A DNA stretch of 64,000 nucleotides, from contig CAWDDT010000011.1 of NCBI GenBank assembly GCA_963801165.1, forward strand, positions 384,001-448,000, in the 5' to 3' direction. Made by a program: the position numbers and the translations under genes. This document shows, piece after piece, positions 1 to 8,864 of the stretch. The number at the start of each line of letters is the position of its first letter. Position 1 is the stretch's first letter. The notes beneath the pieces were generated by a model. It was given only the letters and a program-made list of their open reading frames with translations. It was not told where the DNA came from and did no database searches. The DNA is from an uncultured bacterium (GTDB lineage Bacteria > Actinomycetota > Acidimicrobiia > Spongiisociales > UBA5794).

Positions 1-1
1 G

Positions 2-121
2 GAGGTGATGAACTCGCTCCAGCGCGCCGAGGGTGGTCTGGTCAGGATCGGCTTCCTGCACTACACAACCACAGACGAAGTGGACCGGCTACTCACCGCG
101 CTCGATGAGCTTGCATCCTGA
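2..121 (+). CDS. C-terminal end of a class V aminotransferase / cysteine desulfurase-like protein (truncated by window edge)
   Basis: Frame 2 reads EVMNSLQRAEGGLVRIGFLHYTTTDEVDRLLTALDELAS*, matching the typical VRxxxxHYxxxxEVDRL C-terminus; not in the ORF track. Confidence 0.65.
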   Translation, partial: EVMNSLQRAEGGLVRIGFLHYTTTDEVDRLLTALDELAS

Positions 122-1172
122 TCGGCGGCTCGCCGCCACCGCCGGCGGAGAGCAATCGGAGCCGGCCGACATCTTCGACCAGGCGCCCAAGGTCGAGTTG
201 CACCTCCACATAGAAGGGGCCCTCCCACTTGACACCCTGTGGGACCTCGTCGGCAAGTACGGCGGAGATCCTGCGCTACCTACCACCGATTCCCTCGTCA
301 CCCGCCTCCGCTACACGAGTTTTGCGAACTTCATCGATGCCTGGGTTTGGATGACGGGCTTCCTGCGCAGCTACGAGGACTTCGAGCACATCGCTTCCGG
401 GGTCGCTGCCGCTCTAGCCCGTCAGCACATCACCTACGCCGAAGCGTCCTTCTCTCCCACGGATTTCGCCCACCATGGGATGACCCCCCAGGGAATCGCC
501 GTGGCCCTCCGGCGCGGTCTCGACCGGGTTGGACAGACGACCGTGGTGCTCAACTGCGATCTGGTCCGCGACACCGGTCCACAGCGTGCCATGGGCACAC
601 TCGAAGCAGTGACCGAGGTAATGGCGGATGCCGATATCAGGGGCATCACGATCGGGGGATCCGAGTCGACCTACCCACCCGAATTGTTCGCCGACGTGTA
701 CCGGAGGGCGAGCCACCTGGGGCTGCGGTTGACCGCCCATGCCGGCGAGGCTGCCGGCCCCGCAAGTGTGCGCGGGGCGCTCGACGCGCTGCGGGTGGAG
801 CGCATCGGGCACGGCATCCGCGCCGTCGAGGATCCGGAGCTCCTCGATCGGATCATTGCCGAACAAATACCGCTTGAGGTGTGCCCGACGTCGAACATAC
901 TCACTGGTGTGGTCGCGGACTGGGACCACCATCCTGTCGCGGCGCTGCTCAGCGAGGGAGCCAACGTGACCGTCAACACGGATGACCCGATGTTCTTCCA
1001 CACATCTATGGCAGCCGAGTTGCGCACCGTCTTCGACCGCTACGGCGCAGACCCGAGAACGCTCACCGAGCGGGCGATTGCCGCCTCCTGGATGACAGAC
1101 ACCGAGAAGACGGCGGCGACGAACCTGGTTGCCGATTGGTGGAAAGATCGCCCCATCGGGGTGACCGGATGA
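105..1172 (+). CDS. add: Adenosine deaminase family protein
   Basis: PKVELHLHIEG, TAHAGE, ERIGHG, LEVCPTSN and VNTDDP motifs; ATG at 105 overlaps the end of the upstream gene. Confidence 0.9.
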   Translation: MSLHPDRRLAATAGGEQSEPADIFDQAPKVELHLHIEGALPLDTLWDLVGKYGGDPALPTTDSLVTRLRYTSFANFIDAWVWMTGFLRSYEDFEHIASGVAAALARQHITYAEASFSPTDFAHHGMTPQGIAVALRRGLDRVGQTTVVLNCDLVRDTGPQRAMGTLEAVTEVMADADIRGITIGGSESTYPPELFADVYRRASHLGLRLTAHAGEAAGPASVRGALDALRVERIGHGIRAVEDPELLDRIIAEQIPLEVCPTSNILTGVVADWDHHPVAALLSEGANVTVNTDDPMFFHTSMAAELRTVFDRYGADPRTLTERAIAASWMTDTEKTAATNLVADWWKDRPIGVTG

Positions 1173-1202
1173 TTCTGCCCCCGGGTTAGCCTCACAGCAA
1201 CG

Positions 1203-2525
1203 ATGAAGCGTCTCCCCATCCTCTTTGCGATCCCGGCCCTTTTTGCGATCCCGGCCGTCCTGCTGGTGGCATGTAGCCCGCAGGCAACCCCGGCCGCCTC
1301 GGAGCCGCTACCGCCGGTGACCTCCCTGCCGCCGGTGACCACGACCACCACAACAACAACCACGACCACAACGACGACCACAACGATGCCGCCGGAGTTC
1401 GACGTCACCGTGACCGTTACCGATCCCGACGGGGCCTCGTTGCCACGGGCGGACGTCACCATCGGCGACGAGACCGTGACGAGCGATTCCGATGGCGCGG
1501 CAGCGTTCACCGCGATTGAGGCAGGGCCAATCGAAGTATCCCGACCGGGGTGGCTTCCCGCCGGGGAGGATTGGACCGGTGCACGATCGGCAGTGAGCAT
1601 CACTCTGGAGCCCCGCATCGTGCGCGGGCTCAGAGTGAGCAGCGGTGTCGCCGGCGACCCCGACGCCTTCTCCGCACTCCTCGACCTCGCCGCCAACTCG
1701 GTTGTCAACACTCTGGTGTTCGATACCAAGGACGAGACAGGCTACGTGCTCTACAACTCAGGTTCGGAGTTCGCCGCCGACATCGGGTCGGTGCGTCCAA
1801 TGTACGAGGGCAAGGATGTTCTGGCTCAGGCAAAGCGGGCCGGTTTCTACACCATCACCCGGATCGTCACCTTCGAAGACCCGACGTGGGCACGGGAGCG
1901 TCCCGAGCACAAGCTCGCCGGCGATTGGATCGACCCGACCAATCGGGAGGCGTGGGAATACCCGCTCCAGCTTGCCGCGGAAGCTTGCCAACTCGGTTTC
2001 GACGAAATCCAATTCGACTACGTCAGGTTCCCGAGTGGTCGGGCAGCGGTGACGGCGCAGCAGAACAAGCCGACGAACCAGGAGGTGCGCACAGCGGCCG
2101 TGCACGACTTCCTCACCGAGGCGCTCGATCGGCTCCACCCACTCGGGTGCGCGGTCTCCGCCGACCTCTTTGCCATCGTCCTGTCGGCATCGAACGACCA
2201 GGGCATCGGTCAGATGCCCGAAGCGGTTTCCGGCGCCGTGGATGCCGTGAGCCCCATGATCTACCCAAGCCACTACGCGGACGGGTGGCTCGGTTTCCCC
2301 GATCCCAACGACCACCCCGGCCCCGTCGTTGCCGATGCCCTCGACTCGGGGATGCCCCGGCTGGCGGACAGCACGCTGATGCGCCCCTGGCTGCAGGCGT
2401 TCTACTACAACGGATCCCAGATCGAGGCTGAGATCGCCGAGGCCGAGAAACGGGGCACCGGCTGGATCTTGTGGAATGTCCGCAGCAACTATGCGGAGTC
2501 GTGGCTACCGCCGGCCGAGGGGTGA
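1203..2525 (+). CDS. Lipoprotein with Thr-rich linker, carboxypeptidase-regulatory-like domain and DUF4015-like putative glycoside hydrolase domain
   Basis: Lipobox LVAC, poly-Thr tract, VFDTKDETG, RIVTFED, GFDEIQFDYVRFP, PMIYPSHY, RPWLQAF. Confidence 0.8.
   Translation: MKRLPILFAIPALFAIPAVLLVACSPQATPAASEPLPPVTSLPPVTTTTTTTTTTTTTTTTMPPEFDVTVTVTDPDGASLPRADVTIGDETVTSDSDGAAAFTAIEAGPIEVSRPGWLPAGEDWTGARSAVSITLEPRIVRGLRVSSGVAGDPDAFSALLDLAANSVVNTLVFDTKDETGYVLYNSGSEFAADIGSVRPMYEGKDVLAQAKRAGFYTITRIVTFEDPTWARERPEHKLAGDWIDPTNREAWEYPLQLAAEACQLGFDEIQFDYVRFPSGRAAVTAQQNKPTNQEVRTAAVHDFLTEALDRLHPLGCAVSADLFAIVLSASNDQGIGQMPEAVSGAVDAVSPMIYPSHYADGWLGFPDPNDHPGPVVADALDSGMPRLADSTLMRPWLQAFYYNGSQIEAEIAEAEKRGTGWILWNVRSNYAESWLPPAEG
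1221..1256 (+). repeat. 18-bp tandem duplication (LFAIPA x2) in the signal peptide
   Basis: ctctttgcgatcccggcc followed by ctttttgcgatcccggcc. Confidence 0.85.
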
Positions 2526-2539
2526 GCCCGCACCGCCGG

Positions 2540-2995
2540 CTAGATCAGCGTCCACTCCGTCTGGATGACCGCCCCCGATTCATCTTCGAGTTTGCAGGTC
2601 AGCCGTACCGAACCGGACGGGACGTCGGGGAACGTGAACCTGCCCAGCCGGTCGGAACGCGCCGTACGCGTCTCGTCCTGGTGATGGAGCGCTATCTCCG
2701 CTTCCTGAGGCGGAACGAGCTGACCAACTATGCGACGCCTTGTCTCCGAGACAACAACGAGCTCGATCTCCACGCCAGGAGTGCGGAAAGTCATCTGCCG
2801 GGCCGTCTCGGTGCTCCGCACCCCGACCAGGCCCTCATCAGCAGAATCGAACACCAGTGAGGCGAGCTCGGCGTCGATGGTGCGCCACGTGAACGTGGCC
2901 CGCGCCGCATCCAGCACCGCCTCCGGCACCGGATCGGCAGCGAGCGCGCCCGCGATCCTGGCCAGCAACTGGTCGTCGGTCACGTGATCACTCAT
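2540..2995 (-). CDS. Putative anti-sigma/partner protein with C-terminal carboxypeptidase-regulatory-like beta domain
   Basis: MSDHVTDDQLL start overlaps the ECF stop (ATGA); DPVPEAV..ARATF, LASLVFDS, GVRS, SDRLGRFTFPDVPSG. Confidence 0.65.
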   Translation of the reverse strand: MSDHVTDDQLLARIAGALAADPVPEAVLDAARATFTWRTIDAELASLVFDSADEGLVGVRSTETARQMTFRTPGVEIELVVVSETRRRIVGQLVPPQEAEIALHHQDETRTARSDRLGRFTFPDVPSGSVRLTCKLEDESGAVIQTEWTLI

Positions 2996-3534
2996 CGGCG
3001 CCCCAATAGCTTTCGAATCCGATCGAGGCATCGGGCCCGGGTCGGCCCGATACTCCCAACTGCCATGCCCAGAAGATTCGAGATCTCCTCGTACTCCAGG
3101 GGAGGGTCGAGACAGAGCATGCGCAGCAACTCCTGGCACTTCGCAGGAATCTCATCGAAGGCACCGAGGACTTCTCGCAACTGCTCGTTGTCCAATAGAC
3201 GCTCGTCGATCGCCGGCGACAAGTCATCGGCGACCTCCACCTCGAACTCCGTTGGAACCGTCCGCGCGAGCCGTTTCGAAGCCCGGATCGATTCGTTGCG
3301 AGCCGTGGTCGCCAGCCAGGAGCCCAGCCGCTCCGGGTCCCGGATGCGATCGCAATGTTCGACGAGCCGGAGCCACACCGTCTGGCTGATATCGGCGGCG
3401 GTGGCGGCGTCCAGCCGAAAACCGCGCACGACCGACCACACGAGTCGCCCGTAGCGGTCGACAAGCGCATTCCATGCCTCCTGACTGCCGTTGTGAGCGG
3501 CGGCGAGGAGCTCTGCAACTGGTGCCTCGGTCAT
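2992..3534 (-). CDS. ECF-type RNA polymerase sigma factor
   Basis: Region 2 (AWNALVDRY, DISQTVWLRL, WLATTARNE) and region 4 (YEEISNLLGMAVGSIGPTRARCLDRIR); start could be 3558. Confidence 0.9.
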   Translation of the reverse strand: MTEAPVAELLAAAHNGSQEAWNALVDRYGRLVWSVVRGFRLDAATAADISQTVWLRLVEHCDRIRDPERLGSWLATTARNESIRASKRLARTVPTEFEVEVADDLSPAIDERLLDNEQLREVLGAFDEIPAKCQELLRMLCLDPPLEYEEISNLLGMAVGSIGPTRARCLDRIRKLLGRR

Positions 3535-3689
3535 CGTGGGCAACGATACTCGCAGCATTCGGGGTTTCTATTGCGTTGACAGCTCGCACGCCACGCTCCT
3601 GGTCGCTGACAATATGACAACGCCCGCAGCTGTTTGATACAGGATTGTCGGCTGCCCCCGCATTTGCGCACCGGGTGCCGATATGATCC

Positions 3690-4940
3690 ATGGTGAATCC
3701 GATGAGGAGGGACGAATTGGACGAGAAAGCCGGAGACCCGCCGGGCTGGGGCCCGGGAGCGAAGATCGACGGCATTTCGATCGATCACAGCAGCCGGAAG
3801 TGTGGCTTTTACTTCCAGCGCGGTGTGCTCATGGTGCCCGACGAGGCGCTCGACGAGCTGCTGGCCGCCCTCGGTGGACTCGGCGATGCGGGACGCCGGG
3901 TCCGGGTCGAACCGATCGAAGGCACCGGGATCACCCAGGTGAGAGTTCCGTTCCGGCGGCCCACCGACGTCCTCATCGATGAGTTGGGGGGCTCACTCCC
4001 GGTCGAACCCGGCTACATCGCGATGGCCGCTCCGCATATCAAGGGTCTTGCGGCGGCCCGGCCGGCGTCGGTGAATCCCGACAAGATCCCGACCGAGCCG
4101 AGAAGAGGCAAGGGCAAGAACGTGAGCGTCGGCGTGGTCGACCTCGGCTTTTTCTCTCCGGAGAAAGCCGGTCACCCGAGCTGGGCGATCGAGAAGGTAG
4201 TGCTCGACAAGGAGATGCAGCTCCCCGACCCGACACAGCCACAGTTCCCGTACGTGGGACACGGAAACGCCATCATCGGCATCATCAAGCAGCTGGCGCC
4301 CGAAGCAACGGTGTACACCAGCACGATCCAGTCGTCCGCGGGCGATGCGCCGGGTGGCACTTCAGATCGGCGGCTCGGTGAGGCGATCGAGCGCCTCCTC
4401 TCCCGACATCGCGTTCATATCCTCGTCATCCCATTCGGCGGCTCCACTCGTCACGGGCTGATGCCCGTGACCGAACGCGTCCTCCAGCCGCATGTGGACT
4501 CGACGTTGATCCTCGCCTCGGCCGGCAACGACGGTGTCGACCCCACCGTCTATCCCGCCGCCGACCCGGATGTGATGGGCACGGGCGCGTGGCGCCGCGA
4601 CACTCTGCGCCTCGGATGGCTGAACAAAGTCTGTGCCACAGTCATGTCACCGCACGCAGCGCTCGGAAAATACCGTCTGGCCGAATGGTCGAACCAGGGC
4701 ATCGCCGCCCAACTCGGAGCTCCCGGTGTCGCCGTGCCCGCTCCCTTCATAAGGGGAAAGCTCAAAATCGGATCGGGTAGCCTCGATACTGATGGCCCCA
4801 AAACGATCAAGTTCGACGGGTGGGGTCTGTTCACCGGCACCTCGTTTTCAGTTGCAGTTGCTGCCGGTTGTATCGCAGGAACGGTCAGCGGCAAATGCGC
4901 GCCGTCACCCGAGCACCTGGCGGCAGCAGCCATCCGGTGA
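3690..4940 (+). CDS. S8 (subtilisin-like) serine peptidase with no evident signal peptide
   Basis: Catalytic motifs VGVVDLG (Asp), GHGNAI (His), ASAGN (oxyanion), GTSFS (Ser). Confidence 0.85.
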   Translation: MVNPMRRDELDEKAGDPPGWGPGAKIDGISIDHSSRKCGFYFQRGVLMVPDEALDELLAALGGLGDAGRRVRVEPIEGTGITQVRVPFRRPTDVLIDELGGSLPVEPGYIAMAAPHIKGLAAARPASVNPDKIPTEPRRGKGKNVSVGVVDLGFFSPEKAGHPSWAIEKVVLDKEMQLPDPTQPQFPYVGHGNAIIGIIKQLAPEATVYTSTIQSSAGDAPGGTSDRRLGEAIERLLSRHRVHILVIPFGGSTRHGLMPVTERVLQPHVDSTLILASAGNDGVDPTVYPAADPDVMGTGAWRRDTLRLGWLNKVCATVMSPHAALGKYRLAEWSNQGIAAQLGAPGVAVPAPFIRGKLKIGSGSLDTDGPKTIKFDGWGLFTGTSFSVAVAAGCIAGTVSGKCAPSPEHLAAAAIR

Positions 4941-7492
4941 CGAGAAGCGTGCTGGAGCGAGCCCGGGCGGCGCTCGCAGCCGCCAGGGAAACGCCGGTGG
5001 GCACGCTCGAGGCGGCCACACCCATCCTCGACGCGGCCTCGTCAACCGAGGTGTTGGCCACCGCCCACTTTGCCTGCGGGCTCGCCCATCGCACGCTGGC
5101 AAACGGCGCCGAATCTACTGCACACCTGGAGCGAGCCGCTGAGCATGCCACCGCGTTTCCCGAGCTCCTCGGGCAGATACTGCGGTCGCTTGCCTTCAAC
5201 TACGCCCAGACCGGTGACCACGAACGGGGCGATCGCCTGATCGAGCGTTCGATCGACCTGCTCACCGGGCAAGAGGCCGACCTGAGCCGGCTGCAGCAGG
5301 CGTTCCTCATGATGATGCGAGGTGAGCACCAGGCGGCCCTTCCAGTCCTCTCGGCCGCGATCGCGGGCTTCACTGAAAACGGAGCCGACGACTACCTGGA
5401 GCTGACCCTGTACAACCGCGCCCTGGTGTACCTGGCGTTCGGCGACTACGAATCATCGATCGCCGATCTGCACCGGGCATACGAGACGGCCATCAGTTGC
5501 GACCACCGCGTTTCGGCCGCGGACGCTGCGCTCCATCTGAGCCAGGTCCTCGGCTGGTGTGACGATGTGCCCGGAGCGATGCGCTGGCACGCGCTCTCGG
5601 TAAAACTGCGCAGGGCCGCGGGTGCCAACAACCCGGTCGCCGACACCGAGCATGCATTCGTGCTGATCCAGGCCCGGCTGATGCGGGAAGCCGAGCAGTT
5701 GCTCGAGAGCTCGCTCCCCCGGCTCGAAGCGGCGGGCGACAATCAGGCCGTCCTCGTCACAGGCCGCCTGCTCCTCATCGACGTGCTGCTGGACAAAGGG
5801 GACCACGCCGGAGCGCTTCGCCAGGTCGAGCTCGCAGCTGCCGACACACCCGACGACGGGAGGTGGCGGTTTGAAGTCGCCGCGGCCCGACACCGGGTTC
5901 GCACGGCAGCCGGTGAGGCCTCGGTCGCGCTTCTCCGTTCGATGATGGACACTGCCGCAGACATGGCGGCAAACGGGGAGCAGCAGTCTGCAGCGGTCGA
6001 GCGGTTCCGCGCCGTCGAGGTTGCCCTGGCAGTAGACGACCTCGACACCGCAAACCGACTCCTCGAAGAAGCCCGTCGCTATACCCGATCCGGCCCGCTC
6101 TCGTTGCAGATCCAGGCATGGACGGCGATCGCCGTGGTCAAGCTGGCGACCGGCAACAGACGCGGCGCCGCAGCCGCGGTACGGGCCGGTATTGACCGGT
6201 TGGACACTTATCGCAGCGGTATCGGTGCGACGGATCTGAGGATGCACGCCGCCGACTACGGGGAGAAGCTCGCCGGCATGGGGATCGAGCTGGCGATCGA
6301 GTCCGGATCGATTGAGAGGCTTTTCTCCTGGTCAGAACGGATGCGAGTCCAGCCTGCTCCCGCGGCACTCGATCACCCCGGGCTCGGCACCGCACTCGCC
6401 GATCTGCGTCGGGCTTCGGCGGCCACCCGGGCCGCAGGGGCCAATGAGCTGACCGCAGCACGACGCGAGGTGGCCGTGCTCGAGGCCAGGGTCCGCCAGC
6501 TCGGTCGTGAGATCGACGGCACACGGGCCACAGCCGCGGCAACTCGCCCGCTGCGCGATGTTCGCGCCCGGCTCGGTCGTCAGGTCCTCATCGAGTACGT
6601 ACACAGCGGTCCCCGGTTGTGCGCGATCGTGGTCAGCGGCCGCGGCTCTCGTCTGGTCGAACTCGGCGAATCGGCGGAGGCTGCCGAGCTCATCGACCAC
6701 CTCAGGTTTTCTGCGGAGCGGATAGCCCGACCCGGTACCAGCGCCGCATCACGGCTCGCCGCGATCGCTTCCGCCGAGGAAGCAATCGAATCGCTGCGCA
6801 GGCAATTGGTGGCTCCGCTCGGGGTGCGGGCCAATGGTGCGGTCGTTGTCCCCTCCGGCGCTCTCTACGGGATTCCGTGGGGGATGATGTTCGACATCCC
6901 CGTCGCCACCGCCCCCTCGGCGACTGCATGGCTCCAAGCCGGCGAGCGCGCCCATGGGGATGGAGCCCCGGTGGTGGTGACCGGACCTGACCTAACCCAT
7001 GCTGAGGACGAAGCCGGTGCCATTTCCCGAATCACCCGGGCGAAGAGAACCTCGTCGGTCGCAGAGACCATCGCCCTGCTGCCCCGGTCATCACTTGTTC
7101 ACTTCGCCTGTCACGCTCATCCCCGCGCCGATAGCCCTCTTTTCAGCAGTCTCGTTCTCGGCGACGGCGAGCTCACGCTTTACGACATCGAACGCCTGCC
7201 CCGTGTCCCGGCAACAATCGTCCTCGCATCCTGCTCGGGAGCGGGCTCTCTACTCGCTTCGGGTGACGAGGTGCTCAGCCTGGCAGGATCGTTCCTCGCA
7301 ATGGGTGCTCGCCGGGTCATTGCCCCCGTGTTCACGGTCTCCGACGAGGCGACGAGCGCAGTCATGTCTTCGATGTATCGCTCTATGGCCGGCGGGGCCG
7401 ATCCGGCAACCGCGCTGCTGGCCGCGGCCAAGAGTGACGATCCGAGCATCGCGTTCACCGCCCGATCGTTCAGCAGCTATGGGTATCTTTGA
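4937..7492 (+). CDS. TPR-like helical repeat plus CHAT (caspase-family) domain protein
   Basis: GTGA overlap with S8 stop; Ala/Leu-rich helical repeats; VVPSGALYGIPW, VHFACHA, SPLFSSLVL, IVLASC motifs. Confidence 0.88.
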   Translation: MTRSVLERARAALAAARETPVGTLEAATPILDAASSTEVLATAHFACGLAHRTLANGAESTAHLERAAEHATAFPELLGQILRSLAFNYAQTGDHERGDRLIERSIDLLTGQEADLSRLQQAFLMMMRGEHQAALPVLSAAIAGFTENGADDYLELTLYNRALVYLAFGDYESSIADLHRAYETAISCDHRVSAADAALHLSQVLGWCDDVPGAMRWHALSVKLRRAAGANNPVADTEHAFVLIQARLMREAEQLLESSLPRLEAAGDNQAVLVTGRLLLIDVLLDKGDHAGALRQVELAAADTPDDGRWRFEVAAARHRVRTAAGEASVALLRSMMDTAADMAANGEQQSAAVERFRAVEVALAVDDLDTANRLLEEARRYTRSGPLSLQIQAWTAIAVVKLATGNRRGAAAAVRAGIDRLDTYRSGIGATDLRMHAADYGEKLAGMGIELAIESGSIERLFSWSERMRVQPAPAALDHPGLGTALADLRRASAATRAAGANELTAARREVAVLEARVRQLGREIDGTRATAAATRPLRDVRARLGRQVLIEYVHSGPRLCAIVVSGRGSRLVELGESAEAAELIDHLRFSAERIARPGTSAASRLAAIASAEEAIESLRRQLVAPLGVRANGAVVVPSGALYGIPWGMMFDIPVATAPSATAWLQAGERAHGDGAPVVVTGPDLTHAEDEAGAISRITRAKRTSSVAETIALLPRSSLVHFACHAHPRADSPLFSSLVLGDGELTLYDIERLPRVPATIVLASCSGAGSLLASGDEVLSLAGSFLAMGARRVIAPVFTVSDEATSAVMSSMYRSMAGGADPATALLAAAKSDDPSIAFTARSFSSYGYL

Positions 7493-7641
7493 GGGCTTGT
7501 ATCACGGGCCGCCTTTGGGCATCTTGTAGAGAAGCGAAGCAAGCTGCGAGCGGCGAGCCGCGAGGCCCGTCCAAGGATCCCTCCATTTCGCAGCTACCGC
7601 GAGTGCGCGTTGGTGGGAGCGCAGCAAGTGGTTGGGGGTAG

Positions 7642-7667
7642 GACGGAGGGTCGCACGACCCTCCGTC
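7642..7667. terminator. GC-rich hairpin between convergent CHAT and VOC genes
   Basis: gacggagggtcg-ca-cgaccctccgtc perfect inverted repeat. Confidence 0.7.
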
Positions 7668-7680
7668 TGCTTCACTCAGC

Positions 7681-8295
7681 TCAGCTCAGCTCGATGGGGC
7701 CATAGGGTGAATCGAGAATGGCAACGAGCTTCGGTTTGGCGGAGACGCGGATCTCGAGATCGACGCGCAGAGCCTCGAGCATAGGGCGCACCGACTCGGG
7801 CACCGGGTGATGGCCACGCAGCTGAACCAGCTCTATACCGCCGGGGGAGGTCGTAGAGGGATGCGCTGAGTCGGCGTCCCATTCGATCAGATTCGGGACG
7901 AGACCGTCGCCATCGCCGGTCGGCATGGTGAGCCTGAATGACAGCTGGCCCCCGTCCGGTGTCTCGCGCAACACCGTATGTACGTCACCCGGGTTGTAGC
8001 CGAGAGCGTGGGCGTGCGCCGCAACCCGCTCGATCCTCTCGACCCGCGCCGTCCAGGTGATCAACCTCGGCTCTACGATGCCCTCGACCCCGTACCAGTA
8101 CCCGATGCTGGGTCGATGCTGGCCCGAGTCCGGACCGATGATCTCTAGATAGCTGGTCCCCATCGACAGCAGGGCATTACGGGTTCCGTAGCCGAGATGG
8201 CGGCCCCCGGCCTTTGCCTCCACCCCAAGCCGGTGTGCGAGATCATCGACTGTTCTGTCGATATCAGGGGTCGCATACACCAGGTGATCGATCAT
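7681..8295 (-). CDS. VOC / glyoxalase-like family protein
   Basis: IDHLVYATPD, GGRHLGYGTRNALL, YLEIIGPD, PNLIEW. Confidence 0.85.
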   Translation of the reverse strand: MIDHLVYATPDIDRTVDDLAHRLGVEAKAGGRHLGYGTRNALLSMGTSYLEIIGPDSGQHRPSIGYWYGVEGIVEPRLITWTARVERIERVAAHAHALGYNPGDVHTVLRETPDGGQLSFRLTMPTGDGDGLVPNLIEWDADSAHPSTTSPGGIELVQLRGHHPVPESVRPMLEALRVDLEIRVSAKPKLVAILDSPYGPIELS

Positions 8296-8314
8296 GGGTG
8301 AACGATAGTCCCCT

Positions 8315-8746
8315 CTAGCCGGCCTCCCCGGGCGTCGAGGCGTAATCTGGGTTTCGCGCCTCTAACAGGCTCAAGTCACCGAGCTCCCTCATCAACGCGC
8401 TTCGGGCGTGTTGCCATGCGCCGTGGAGCGCACAAGGTTCCTCTTGCGGGCATGCGTCGCCCGTCAAGACGCAGCGGCTGTCGAGCGTCGGCCCTTCCAT
8501 GGTCTCGATGAGCTCCAACACCGAGACGTCGTTCAACCCGACCAGCAGCTCATAGCCCCCATGGGGACCAGGCGTTGAACGGAGCCAGCGCTTCTTCACA
8601 AGCGGATTGAGGATCTGAGGTAGATACTGGCGGGTCGTTCCCAGAGCGTCGGCCAGCTCGGACCCGGGCACCCGCTCGTCGCGCTCGGACAGCTCCAGCA
8701 TGGCGCTTAGCGCCAGATCGGTTCTCTTGTGCAGATCCAGTCGCAT
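8315..8746 (-). CDS. Rrf2 family transcriptional regulator (three C-terminal Cys, likely Fe-S)
   Basis: TDLALSAM, YLPQILNPL, STPGPHGGY, CVLTGDACPQEEPC; TACACT just upstream of ATG suggests a leaderless start. Confidence 0.88.
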   Translation of the reverse strand: MRLDLHKRTDLALSAMLELSERDERVPGSELADALGTTRQYLPQILNPLVKKRWLRSTPGPHGGYELLVGLNDVSVLELIETMEGPTLDSRCVLTGDACPQEEPCALHGAWQHARSALMRELGDLSLLEARNPDYASTPGEAG

Positions 8747-8864
8747 CCCGGTCAGTGTACTCCAGAGAACAAAGGCCGAAGGTAACCATTGCCAGGGCCT
8801 AACGTCGCCAAGATCGGCTACCAATCGGTAACCTCAGCACGACGCCGCTTCTGGAGCCGGAAAC

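Noticed and set aside
1336-1386. ACN triplet repeats as a microsatellite element (also about 24770-24900)
   Set aside because: They encode ordinary Thr/Pro-rich lipoprotein linkers
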